A stretch of DNA of 38,437 bases. Source: Candidatus Methylomirabilota bacterium (lineage in GTDB: Bacteria > Methylomirabilota > Methylomirabilia > Rokubacteriales > CSP1-6). The translations under genes were made by a program, and so were the position numbers. Shown here one piece after another: positions 19,596-29,069 of the stretch (positions within the stretch are counted from its first letter, which is position 1; the number at the start of each line of letters is the position of its first letter). The notes beneath the pieces are model-generated. The model searched no databases. It was not told where the DNA came from and worked only from the letters and a program-made list of their open reading frames with translations. The DNA lies in assembly GCA_046726415.1 (NCBI GenBank), contig JBKPAK010000303.1, positions 1-38,437 on the forward strand. Reading direction: 5' to 3'.

Positions 19596-19841
19596 CCGCT
19601 GGCGCACTGCCTCCTCGGCGTGGCGTACCTTCACGTCGGTGAACTGCGACTCACCGCTCGCCACCTCGGCCGGGCCTTCGATCTCCTGAGCCACGAGGGC
19701 GCCGTTCCCGCGCCCGTGTGCGTCGCCCCGCCGGCACGACTCCAGATGGCGGCCCTCCGGCTGCTGCTCGCCACGTTTCTCTCGACCGTCGGCGTCCACA
19801 AGCTGGCGACCCAGATCCTGCTCGACGGCGTCGAGCCGTGA
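19596..19841 (+). pseudogene. C-terminal fragment of a TPR-like helical protein cut by IS110
   Basis: PLAHCLLGVAYLHVGEL...LGRAFDLL begins right at the IS110 end. Confidence 0.4.
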
Positions 19842-19859
19842 CGCGACCCCCCCGCGCGT

Positions 19860-19979
19860 CTACTCGATCTGGTATCGCTTGAGTTTGTAGTGAAGCGCCC
19901 GCGGGCTGATGCCCAGGATCCGCGCGGCGCGCTCGCGGTGCGAGGTCACCTCCCGCAGCGTCCGCCGGATGATCTGCTC
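19860..19979 (-). pseudogene. Fis-type HTH C-terminus of a sigma54-dependent activator
   Basis: EQIIRRTLREVTSHRERAARILGISPRALHYKLKRYQIE*. Confidence 0.75.
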
Positions 19980-20205
19980 ATCGATCACCGCGAGCAGCGG
20001 GGCGCGCAGCCCCCGTGCTTTCAAGGCCTTCACGAAGTCCCTCCACGCGTCGCCGAATTCCCTCCCACGCAGCTCCAGGGCGAGCAGCTCTTTGCGGCCG
20101 TCGGCGAGGACGGCCACGGCCGTGAGGATCGGGACGCCGCTCACTTTGCCCGCGCTGCGCACCCGCACACGAACCGCATCGAGATACAGGTAGCCTGGCA
20201 CGGCC
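19980..20205 (-). mobile_element. IS256-family transposase internal fragment
   Basis: YLYLDAVRVRVRSAGKV...AVAVLADGRKELLAL...E...AWRDF...LKARGLRAPLLAVID (first two DDE aspartates). Confidence 0.8.
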
Positions 20206-20312
20206 GGCCAGACGAGAACTAGGCGATGGATGCTCCGACCGCCGTTTGCCCTCACGACCTCTCCGCAGTACATTCCTCACGGCTTGGGCTGTTTGCCACG
20301 GGGAGGACACTC

Positions 20313-21329
20313 ATGAGCATGAGCAGGCGCGCGTTTCTGTCGACCGCGGCCGCGGGGAGCGCGATGGCAGTTGCGCCGCACGCGTTCGGCGAGTGGCAAC
20401 CGAGTCAGCGCTATCCCGACCCGGCGATCAAGATGATCGATCGAAGCTTCGCGCGCTACCGGCTGTCGCTGGCCAGGGTCGAGCTGCTGGGCTTGGGCTT
20501 CCGCTGGTGCGAGGGGCCGGTGTGGTTCGGCGACGGTCGATACCTGCTCTGGAGCGACATCCCCAACAACCGCATCATGCGCTGGGACGAGGAGACCGAC
20601 GCGGTGAGCGTGTTCCGCAAACCCTCGAACTTCGCCAACGGGAACACCCGCGACCGGCAGGGCCGGCTCGTCACGTGCGAGCACGGCACCCGCCGCGTGA
20701 CGCGAACCGAGTATGACGGCAACATCTCGGTCATCGCGGAGCGCTACGACGGCAAGCCGCTCAACTCGCCCAACGACGCCGTCGTGAAATCCGACGGCTC
20801 GACCTGGTTCACGGATCCGCCCTTCGGGATCCTGGGCTACTACGAGGGCTACGTGGCTCCGGTCGAGCTACCCACGAACGTCTACCGGGTCGACGCCCGG
20901 AGCGGGCGGGTCACCCTTGCGGCGGGCGATGTGAACCGGCCGAACGGGCTCTGCTTCTCACCGGACGAATCGAAGCTCTACATCGTGGAGGCCGGGGCAT
21001 CGCCGCGCCTCATCCTGGCTTACGACGTGGTCGACGGCGGCCTGCGACTCGCCAACAGACGGACGCTGATCGACGCCGGTTCCGGCACTCCGGACGGCCT
21101 GCGCTGCGACGTGGACGGCAATTTGTGGGTGGGCTGGGGCATGGGTGTGCCCGGGCTAGACGGCGTGGCCATCTTCAACCCGGAGGGCAAGCTTATCGGC
21201 CGCATCGACCTGCCCGCGCGCTGCGCCAATCTCTGCTTCGGCGGCCTTCAGCGCAATCGCTTGTTCATGTGCGGGAGCACGGCGATGTACTCCCTCTACG
21301 TCAACACCCAGGGCGCTCCCGGCGGCTGA
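20313..21329 (+). CDS. SMP-30/gluconolactonase/LRE family protein, Tat-exported
   Basis: SRRAFL Tat motif, WCEGPVW, LNSPND, RPNGLCFSPDE, TPDGLRCDVDGNLW; RBS GGAGG. Confidence 0.92.
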   Translation: MSMSRRAFLSTAAAGSAMAVAPHAFGEWQPSQRYPDPAIKMIDRSFARYRLSLARVELLGLGFRWCEGPVWFGDGRYLLWSDIPNNRIMRWDEETDAVSVFRKPSNFANGNTRDRQGRLVTCEHGTRRVTRTEYDGNISVIAERYDGKPLNSPNDAVVKSDGSTWFTDPPFGILGYYEGYVAPVELPTNVYRVDARSGRVTLAAGDVNRPNGLCFSPDESKLYIVEAGASPRLILAYDVVDGGLRLANRRTLIDAGSGTPDGLRCDVDGNLWVGWGMGVPGLDGVAIFNPEGKLIGRIDLPARCANLCFGGLQRNRLFMCGSTAMYSLYVNTQGAPGG

Positions 21330-21339
21330 GGCCGGGCGG

Positions 21340-21949
21340 CGTCCCCCCGCCTCCCCGGGAAGGTTCCGGCGGGCGACCACCAACGGGTAGGGGTCGCGGT
21401 CCGAGACCCGGGCGATCATCTCGGCCACCAAGCGGTCCACGAGGCCGAAGTTGTCGGCGTTCTCGGGTATCGACGACCGCGTGATCCGGCCCGAGCACGC
21501 AATAGAAGCCGGCGAACCACAACCGCTTTGCCGCCGACTCCTGTCGCGACGCGCACCGCGTACACGACGTCGTAGCCCTCGCGCCATCGCTCCAAGAGGC
21601 CGGGAATCGCCTTGGGATCGTCCTGCAGGTCGGCGTCCATGTGATCGCGGCATCACCCGTCGCGTGAATGAGACCGGCTTGCACGGCGGCCTGCTGACCG
21701 AAGTTTCTCAACAGATGCAGCACGCGGATTCGCCTGTCCTCGGCGGCCATGCCACCGAGGATGGCGCCGCTGGCGTCATGCGAGCCATCGTTGACGAAGA
21801 TAACCTCGTAGCGGCAACCAATCACCCGGAAGGCGTCGTCAATGCGCTTTGGCCATCGTCCGGAGCACGCGCGCCTCGTTGTAGACCGGGATGACGAACG
21901 AGGCGAGCGTGTGCGGCGGAACCAGCCGGAATTCGAAGACGCTAGTCAT
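21340..21949 (-). pseudogene. GT2 glycosyltransferase (GtrB/ArnC-like) pseudogene
   Basis: [43 protein letters not shown]...[12 protein letters not shown] in shifting frames. Confidence 0.8.
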
Positions 21950-22672
21950 CTCGTCAGCACAGCCAGCAGGGTCAGTTCCACGGGCAGGGGTCGTCGCCGG
22001 ATTACTTTCCGTTCGAGCGCCGCGCCTCGTTCGAGGAGCGAGTTCACTGCGGTTGGCACGCGAGGGAATTTAGCCGCTCGGGCCCGGCCGATCATTTCCA
22101 TCATCCGGGCAGGCCATGCGACCGGCAGGCAGAACGCGTTCCCGTGTGAGAGCCAGGCGACCCGGAACCCGGCTTGGCCGGCCTCCTCGACGAGCAGACC
22201 GTGCGTACCGTCGCAGGTGCCCAGGGCCCGGTCCCAGGGACCCATTAGTGAAGAGAGCGCGGGTACGTTAATGACGCGACGCCTTCCCCCCGGCCGGAGG
22301 ACCGACTCCGCATGCGTGAGCACCGATGGGCAGATCGGAGATGTGTTGCAGGACGTCAAGCAACACAACGGCACGGGCGGTGGCGCTTTCCAGCGGCCAG
22401 GACCGGCCCAGGTCGTGCAGATGCACGTCGGCGAGACCGCTCTGGCGGCAGTAGGTCACCGACTCGGACTCGGGCATCGCGTCGAAACCCGTTACCTGAT
22501 ATCCGCGCCACAAACGCGGCCAGGTTGCCGCCGGCCACCACACCGCCTTCGACAACGCGGCCGGGCGGAGGGGAAGAAGCACGAGCAGCTCGCAGACGAG
22601 CGTGCGCTTCGCGAGATGCCACTAGTAGGTGGCGTCGAGCGCAATGAGCTCTTGAAGATGCGCCGGCTCCAT
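21946..22672 (-). pseudogene. SAM-dependent methyltransferase pseudogene
   Basis: MEPAHLQELIALDATY*WH..., GYQVTGFD, VVLLDVLQHI, VLRPGG...NVPA with stops and frameshifts. Confidence 0.75.
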
Positions 22673-22750
22673 CTCGCGCGACGGGACCCTACCTCTTCGC
22701 CATTGACACTTCACGGGTTGTACCGTTGCGCGCACTCGACCTCCGGGGGC

Positions 22751-23260
22751 TCATCGCCCCGGCGTAAAGAGATACAGCAGGGCATTCCCCGCCACGCGGA
22801 AGGCGAACTCCTTACCCAACGTATCATACCCGACGCCGTTCGATGCCTGATCGTTGTTCACGGCGAACATCTCCGCGGTAATGTTATCCCCTTGCTCGAT
22901 CACGAAGCCACCCGCCGGGAACCACACGGCAGGGCCAACCCCGTCGTAAAACGTGCGGGGCGACTCCTTGTGAGGACTCGTCCGGTGCAGCAGGATCCGT
23001 CGTCCTCCCGCCTTGACGAGATACAGGCTCATGTCTGCCTCTCCCACGCTGCCGCGATCCCAGCCAACCCATAGCTGGCATCCGACCAGGTTCGTCGGCG
23101 TATGGGCCGGAACGTAGGTCGCAGCATCGCGCACCGGCACGCCGAACGCCGGAGAGACGCTGATCGGTGGGACGGAAAGGAGGGCGGTGCTGAGCTCGGC
23201 ATAGGTCGGTGAGGTCAAGAGCAGCAGGGACGCCATCGCGACGAGAAGTCGTGTCACCAT
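22751..23260 (-). CDS. Secreted hypothetical protein
   Basis: Clean signal peptide MVTRLLVAMASLLLLTSPTYA, then a beta-rich mature region; intact 169 aa. Confidence 0.65.
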   Translation of the reverse strand: MVTRLLVAMASLLLLTSPTYAELSTALLSVPPISVSPAFGVPVRDAATYVPAHTPTNLVGCQLWVGWDRGSVGEADMSLYLVKAGGRRILLHRTSPHKESPRTFYDGVGPAVWFPAGGFVIEQGDNITAEMFAVNNDQASNGVGYDTLGKEFAFRVAGNALLYLFTPGR

Positions 23261-23362
23261 GGCGTCACGCCGGACCGCGGGGCCCAGACCAGGCGCGGGA
23301 GGGGACGTTTACCCATGAGTCAAAAGAGCACCGATAACGCGCGACAGTCAAGCCCCGTACGG

Positions 23363-25116
23363 CTATCGCGCGATTGCCTTCTCGAGAGGCACCGCGTGGT
23401 CACCCGTTCCGTGGGGAATGACAAGAACGATCTGTCTCACCTCGACATCTCTGAACTCGGCGCTTCCGGTGCCTTTGGCGCGGAGCCAGACGACGATAGA
23501 CGCGGCGTTCGGCGGTACGCCAAATCCGAACGCGCCGCTCTTCCAGCCGTTCGCGGGCTCGCAGGAGTACCCGGCGCCAGTCGGGAAGATATCGAGCCAA
23601 CGACCGCCGGCGTCGTGAGCGGACACGTACACCCGTTGGGCCCCCTGCAGTTCAGGGTTGTAGTACGAGAACCGGACGATGTAGGTCTCACCAGGCTGGA
23701 GCCGAGCCGTCTCGAAGACGACATTGGTCGACAATCCCTTGGGCTCCAGGCGCATCGTTACTCCCTCCAGGCTGCTGCCGGGCATCAGGGTCCAGTGCTC
23801 CCGGAGCGCCCGGGTTGCCTGCACGAGGGCTTGCGTCGGAGGCGGCAGAATGTTGTCGCGGGTGGCATCCGCGGTCGCGAGAGCCTTGAAGATCGACCGG
23901 GAGACCACTTGGGGCGAGTGGAACGCGCTCCCCCATCCGGAGTGCGTCGGTGGCGGCCAGCGGGTCGCGCGAACATTGGTTCTTATCCGCAGGCTTGCTG
24001 CGAAGATTCTGGCCACTGGAAGAGCGGTCTGACCTTCACGATGGCGGACGCGGTCATTTTCACGTATCGGCCCAGTTTGTACAGCCGGATCAAGCCGACA
24101 GCGGGCATCAAGGCAGGCCAGCGTCGTTGTCGTCGCGGGGTCGGGCGTCGTCGAGGTCGTGCTCGTCGTGCTCAGGGCGGTCGCGCTCGTGCTCGTGACG
24201 CTGCTCATGGTCGTGGTTGTAAAGCTCGTCGTCGTGGAGCTCGAAGTCTTGGACGGCGATGTCGCCGTGGTTTGCCGGCGAGGTCGTAGTGGTCGTCGAC
24301 GAGGTGGGTCCGGGTGCCGAAGCTGCCTCGCACGACCAGGGTCACCTGGAGTTGCGGGCTGGCGAGGGCGTTGTCGGCGTGCAAGGTCAGCGGGGTCGAC
24401 CCTTCATTCGTGGCCGTCCCGGACAGCACGCCGGTGGTGGGGTCGAAGCTCAAGCCGAGTGGCGTGGAGGGATCCACGCTCACGTCCGGGGCCGGGATGC
24501 CGGCGATCGTGAACGTGAAGGAGTAGGGCCGGCCGACCGTTGCCGCCGGCGGGCTGCCGGTGATGGATGCCGGGATGCCCACGGTCAACGGGTCGGAGGG
24601 GGCCGACGCCGCGCTGTTTCCGTCCGTGCTGAGCGCGGTGACGGTGACGATGTAGCCGCGTCCGTTGGTCAGCGGCGTGACGGTGATCGGGCTCGCCGGC
24701 CCCTCCACGGTCACGGTCCCGCCTCCCCGGTGTCGGTCGCAACGACGCGGTACCCGGTGGTCGGTGCCGAGCCGGCCACACCCGGCGTGAACCGCACCAC
24801 GATCGAACCGTCACCACCGGTGACCGAGTCGATGGTGGGCGGGCCGGGCGGTGTGGTGTTCGCGCCAACGATGCCGAGGGGGAACGTCGCCGGTGCGAGG
24901 CCGGTCACCGTCGCAGCGACGGTGACGTCGCCCGGCGTCTGCCCGGCGGTCACGAAGGGAGTGCGGGCGGTGCCGTCGGCCGCGGTGTTCACCGTGAACG
25001 TGGCGATGCCGCTGAAGGTCGCGGCGCCGGCGGGAGAGATGGTGAAGGTCACCGGCACCCCGGCGAGCGGGTTGCGCGCCCCGTCCATGACCGTGGCGGT
25101 CAGCTGGTCCGGGCAC
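23363..25116 (-). pseudogene. Fragmented surface protein: Ig-like, FN3-like and He_PIG-like domains, Thr/Ser-rich linker, then a CBM-like domain paralogous to the GT-C C-terminus
   Basis: PLAGVPVTFTI...TAADGTA (Big-like), PGPPTIDSVTGGDGSIVVRFT / LTNGRGYIVTVTA (FN3), ATVGRPYSFTF...GLSFDPTTGVLSGT (He_PIG), poly-T/S linker, WLDIFPTGAGY...AEFRDVEVR. Frameshifts near 24715 and 24300; 5' end missing. Confidence 0.7.
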
Positions 25117-25189
25117 TAACGTGAGATAACCGTGCGCGAAGGCTCGGGCATCGACGTCCCTCCAATGCCGAGCGAACGCCGAGGCCGAT

Positions 25190-25510
25190 CAGGACGGCCC
25201 GTCGCGCCCTCGATAGCGCGGCGCACGTAACGCCGGTGGAGGAAGCTGCCGACCGCCGACACTGCCAAGGCTTAGACGATGAGCCACACCAGCGTCAGTG
25301 CCGCGAGGGTCGCGCCGAGCAGCACAGAGGCGGCGAACATGCCCTCGTGCCGCGGCGCAAACTGCGGGAGAATGCTCGCGAAGAAGACAGCTTTGGATTG
25401 CCGAGGTTGTTGACGATGCCCTGTCGGAACGCGACGGGCGGCGGGAGCCGGACGCGCACACCGCCCTCGATCTCGCGGGCGTGACAGCCGGAGCGAAACG
25501 CTGCGAGCAA
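25190..25510 (-). pseudogene. LysE/RhtB-family exporter fragment
   Basis: AFRQGIVNNLGNPK / VFFASILPQFAP...LVWL...VRRAIEGATG across a frameshift. Confidence 0.7.
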
Positions 25511-25879
25511 GGACTGTCCGACTAGGCTTTGTACAGTAACGCTTCCGGCTCCATCGTCATTTCCGTGGCGCCCAACTAGAATTCGCCCTCAGGATAAGCT
25601 GGTAAGTGTTTCTCGGCAAAGCCCCGGGCCGACTTCCTTGGGGAGCGGAAAGGGGGTTGGAGCGGCGCTCGCGGGTCGAGTGGCTCCTCGCGGTGCGGGG
25701 CCAGCGCCTCAAGATCGAAAGGATGTTGCAGGAATGCGCCGGGCGCCGCTGACCACACGCCTGGCCACGGATCGCATAGCCTTCCGTGAGCAGATCGTCT
25801 CGAGGACGGCCGCCGGTTCCTGCGAGGGGGCGAATGGTGGCAGTACGGCGACTCGAGGGGCTCGACGTTCCTGCGAAGC

Positions 25880-26217
25880 AGCACGAAGGTGCGCCGCGAG
25901 GGCCACTTCATCGTTGGGGGTGTCGTCGAGCGCACGGCGGGATGGAGCCTGTTGCTGGGAACGATCCAGAGCGGCGGCCTCCGCTATCGGAGTCTTGTCC
26001 ATTTTGGAGTAGGGAGGCGACTCGCGGATGCACTCGCAAGCACGGGCTGGTCCGCCCGACATCGCCATTCTCGGAACGCGTACCAGTCCGCGGCGTGACC
26101 TGGCTCGACCCGCGTCTTGAGGCCGAAGTGACTTACGGTGACGTGACACCGGCCGGAGTCTTACGTGCGCCGGTGTGTTGCGGGTTCGCCGACGAGGGCA
26201 CTATCCCGCTGACGTAG
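25880..26217 (+). pseudogene. ATP-dependent DNA ligase (LigD/LigC-like) C-terminal OB-fold remnant
   Basis: KVRREGHFIVGG...SLLLG...LRYR..V / SPF...VTWLDPRLEAEVTYGDVTPAGVLRAPV. Confidence 0.7.
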
Positions 26218-26265
26218 GACCGCATCAGTTCACGATGCGCCGCACCGTCCACGCGCGCAGCACAA

Positions 26266-26725
26266 TCAGCGCGTCGAGCCGGGGCTCGTGAGAGCTGCCC
26301 GCTTGGCCGCTGGAAAGCCGAAAAACATCGCCAAGGCCTTTTCCCGACCGATGGCACGCACGAACTCGCGCCAGGCGCAGTAGACGAAAAGCAGTACGAC
26401 CAGCCAGAGTTGGATGACCCAAAAGTGGGGCCATACCACCTCGTCGACCACCTGGCGGCTCGCGGCGACGACGTTCCCCAGACGCCACCAGACGGGGACG
26501 AGGTGCTCCAGGTAGTGAACCATGAGTGCGCCGACCACGTAGATGAGCGTTTTCCAGACGACGTTGTAGATGAGTGGCTTCTCCGGAAATCGGTTGACCG
26601 CCGGGAGCATATCTGCGATGAGGACAGCCTTGGCCACGAGCAGCGCGCCAATCGTGGCGCCGGCCAGAGCCGAGACGTGGACACCGTACTGCCGGAGGAT
26701 CAGCGCACGGGACACCGTGATGAGG
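26266..26725 (-). CDS. Hypothetical membrane protein, probably 5'-truncated
   Basis: Three TM segments (ATIGALLVAKAVLIAD...NRFPEKPLIYNVVWKTLIY...WPHFWVIQLWLVVLLFVYC); no convincing RBS or start. Confidence 0.6.
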
Positions 26726-26826
26726 TCCCAGGGCAGAAACTGCCGCGCTGGCCGACTGATCCTCCGGCGCTATACTCCGCTTTGGTCCCTTTTTCCTCAG
26801 GACTGCGGTCTACTAGAGGTGCGCCC

Positions 26827-27849
26827 ATGAAGAAGGTCCTCGTAGTGATATTCGCGGCGGCTGTGTTGGCGGCCTTCGTCCCGGCGGTCGCGGCCCAGAA
26901 CCTGGAAGACATCTTCCGCAGGGTTAGCCCGTCCGTCGTCGTCGTGCGGAGTAAGGGGCGCGACGTCAGCGCCGGAGGCGTCACCCGCTTCAACGAGACG
27001 GGCTCCGGAGTGCTGATCTCCGACAGCGGCAGGGTGATGACGGCTGCACACGTCGTCAACGGCATGGACGAGATCACCGTCGAGGGCGTCGCCGGTGAGG
27101 TCGTGCGCGCGAAAATCATCTCGTCCGATGCGGCTGCCGATATCTCGCTCCTGCAACTCGAGCGCGTGACAGCGGCCATGCGGGTGGCGTCGCTGGGTAA
27201 CTCCGACAGCGTCCAGGTGGGCCAGCAGGTGCTGGTGATCGGCGCCCCCTACGGGCTGGCATATTCGATGAGCGCGGGCTGGATCAGCGCCCGCTGGCCG
27301 GCCAACACAATTTTTCGTGACATGCCCCTGGCGGAGTTCTTTCAGACCACGGCGACGATCAATACGGGTAACTCCGGCGGCCCCCTGTTCAACACGGCCG
27401 GCGAGGTCATCGGCCTCGTCAGCCAGAACATCTCAAAATCTGGCGGGAGCGAGGGCCTGGGCTTTGTCGTGACGATCAACACCGCAAAAAAGCTCCTGAT
27501 CGAGGGGAAGGTGTTCTGGAGTGCCCTCCAGGGCACGTTACTCACCGGCGACCTCGCGGCTCTGTTGAACGTCCCTGCGCCCGCCGGGTTCCTCGTCAAG
27601 ACGGTCGCCCAGGAGTCGATGGCGTGGAACATGGGCCTGCAAGGGGGCGACCGAATCGTCACCATCGGCGGGAAGGAGATTGCCCTCGGCGGCGACATCA
27701 TCCTCTCGGTCGCCGGCGTTCCCATTGTGTCTGAGGACAACATCGAGAAGATCCGCAACAGCTTGGCCGCCGCGCCACCTGGCACCCCGTTCAAGGTGAG
27801 CGTGCTCCGCGCCGGTAAGGTCATCGAACTCACGGGCACGAGCCAGTAA
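26827..27849 (+). CDS. HtrA/DegP-like trypsin serine protease with a PDZ domain
   Basis: Signal peptide MKKVLVVIF..., GSGVLI, TAAHVV (His), DISLL (Asp), GNSGGPL (Ser), C-terminal PDZ; RBS GAGG. Confidence 0.93.
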   Translation: MKKVLVVIFAAAVLAAFVPAVAAQNLEDIFRRVSPSVVVVRSKGRDVSAGGVTRFNETGSGVLISDSGRVMTAAHVVNGMDEITVEGVAGEVVRAKIISSDAAADISLLQLERVTAAMRVASLGNSDSVQVGQQVLVIGAPYGLAYSMSAGWISARWPANTIFRDMPLAEFFQTTATINTGNSGGPLFNTAGEVIGLVSQNISKSGGSEGLGFVVTINTAKKLLIEGKVFWSALQGTLLTGDLAALLNVPAPAGFLVKTVAQESMAWNMGLQGGDRIVTIGGKEIALGGDIILSVAGVPIVSEDNIEKIRNSLAAAPPGTPFKVSVLRAGKVIELTGTSQ

Positions 27850-27879
27850 GGCGCGAAAATACGGAACTAAGGATCATCA

Positions 27880-28070
27880 GAAACGTTCGCCGCCGGCGGC
27901 ACCAGCTGCCCAGAAGCTCGACGCGCGGAAAGGGCGACGGCCAGCCCTGCTCCGCGTGTGACAGCCGGATTGACCCCGTACATGTCGAGTACGTGCTCGA
28001 CTTCGGAGGCGGGCAGATCATCAGCTTCCACGCGGATTGTGGGGAGGCCTGGCGAAGGGAAACTCGGACT
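27880..28070 (+). pseudogene. Small CxxC...HxxC Zn-binding hypothetical protein remnant
   Basis: GKGDGQPCSACDSRIDPVHVEY...FHADCGEAWRRE; no clear start. Confidence 0.4.
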
Positions 28071-28266
28071 AGTCTTACACGCTCCCCTGCCGCCGGTAGT
28101 AGCTCACTCGACGGCATTGGCGATGCACGCCCCGGAGTGTGTCCTCCTAGAGCGCCGAGCGACTCCTGGCCGGGCTCCGAACAGCCCTTGGTGCCGCGCC
28201 CGGGGGCACCCAAATAACTGCGGTCGTTCCTACAAAGAAGCGTCTGGAAAGCGAGGAGGACACTAG

Positions 28267-28749
28267 ATGTTGCGCAAACAGATCCTGACGAGAGATTCCA
28301 CCATGTCGCGTCCTAGCGCTGCCGAAAAGGATATCGCCGCCCTGGCGACGGTGCTCGTGAGCTCTGAAGATCCGGAGCATCCCATCGATTGCGCCTTCGA
28401 CGGTCAGCGAGGACCGGGAGCAAGTCGCTGGATTGCCCAACAGCCGGGGGAACAGACGCTGATCCTGGCGTTTGATGCGCCACAAACAATCCGCAAGATC
28501 CTTCTCGTGGTCGAGGAGCCGGATATCAGCCGCACGCAAGAGATGGCCCTCTCGATCTCGCGTGACGGAGGGCGGACCTATCAGGAGATCGTGCGCCAGG
28601 AGTACAACTTCAGCCCACCGGGGACGACGCTGGAGCAGGAAGAGTGGTCCATCAAGGGCGACGCGGTCAGCCACCTGCAATTGAGGATCAAGCCGGACAA
28701 AGGCGGCAAGGTTGGCCGGGCCACGCTCACGACGCTCGCCTTGGAGTGA
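28267..28749 (+). CDS. Galactose-binding-like (discoidin/APC10-type) domain protein
   Basis: SSEDPEHPIDCAFDG...SRWIA...QTLILAFDAPQ...SRDGGRTY...LQLRIKPD; strong RBS GAGGAGGA. Confidence 0.75.
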   Translation: MLRKQILTRDSTMSRPSAAEKDIAALATVLVSSEDPEHPIDCAFDGQRGPGASRWIAQQPGEQTLILAFDAPQTIRKILLVVEEPDISRTQEMALSISRDGGRTYQEIVRQEYNFSPPGTTLEQEEWSIKGDAVSHLQLRIKPDKGGKVGRATLTTLALE

Positions 28750-29069
28750 CCACCGCGGCGACGCCGTGCTCCACGCTGGGTGGTCGGCGGCGGCGGGACG
28801 TGTCGTCGTCGGACATCCCAGGATGGTAGCTGATGGCACCCGCAAGCCGTCACTCGCATGGGGGCCCTCCTCGTGAGGATCTCGGCAAGGCTGCTTCACC
28901 GGTCCCGCGATCGTAGCGGAGGGCTACGTCATCTGCACGGCCTACACGATCCCCCGGCGCGGCGTCGGCGGGCGCTTCGCAGGCGTGAGGCCACGCGCCC
29001 TGGAGACACTCGGTCCGCTCCCCGGACTGCCGGGGGGAGCGCAGCCCGCGTCGTCGGGCCGAGGCCCGG

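Noticed and set aside
21842..24289. Plus-strand ORFs of 410 and 324 aa
   Set aside because: Arg/Ala-rich shadows of the minus-strand genes and pseudogenes.
26410..26826. 139-aa N-terminal extension of the protease in the ORF track
   Set aside because: It overlaps a minus-strand membrane gene; the signal peptide and RBS indicate a start at 26827.
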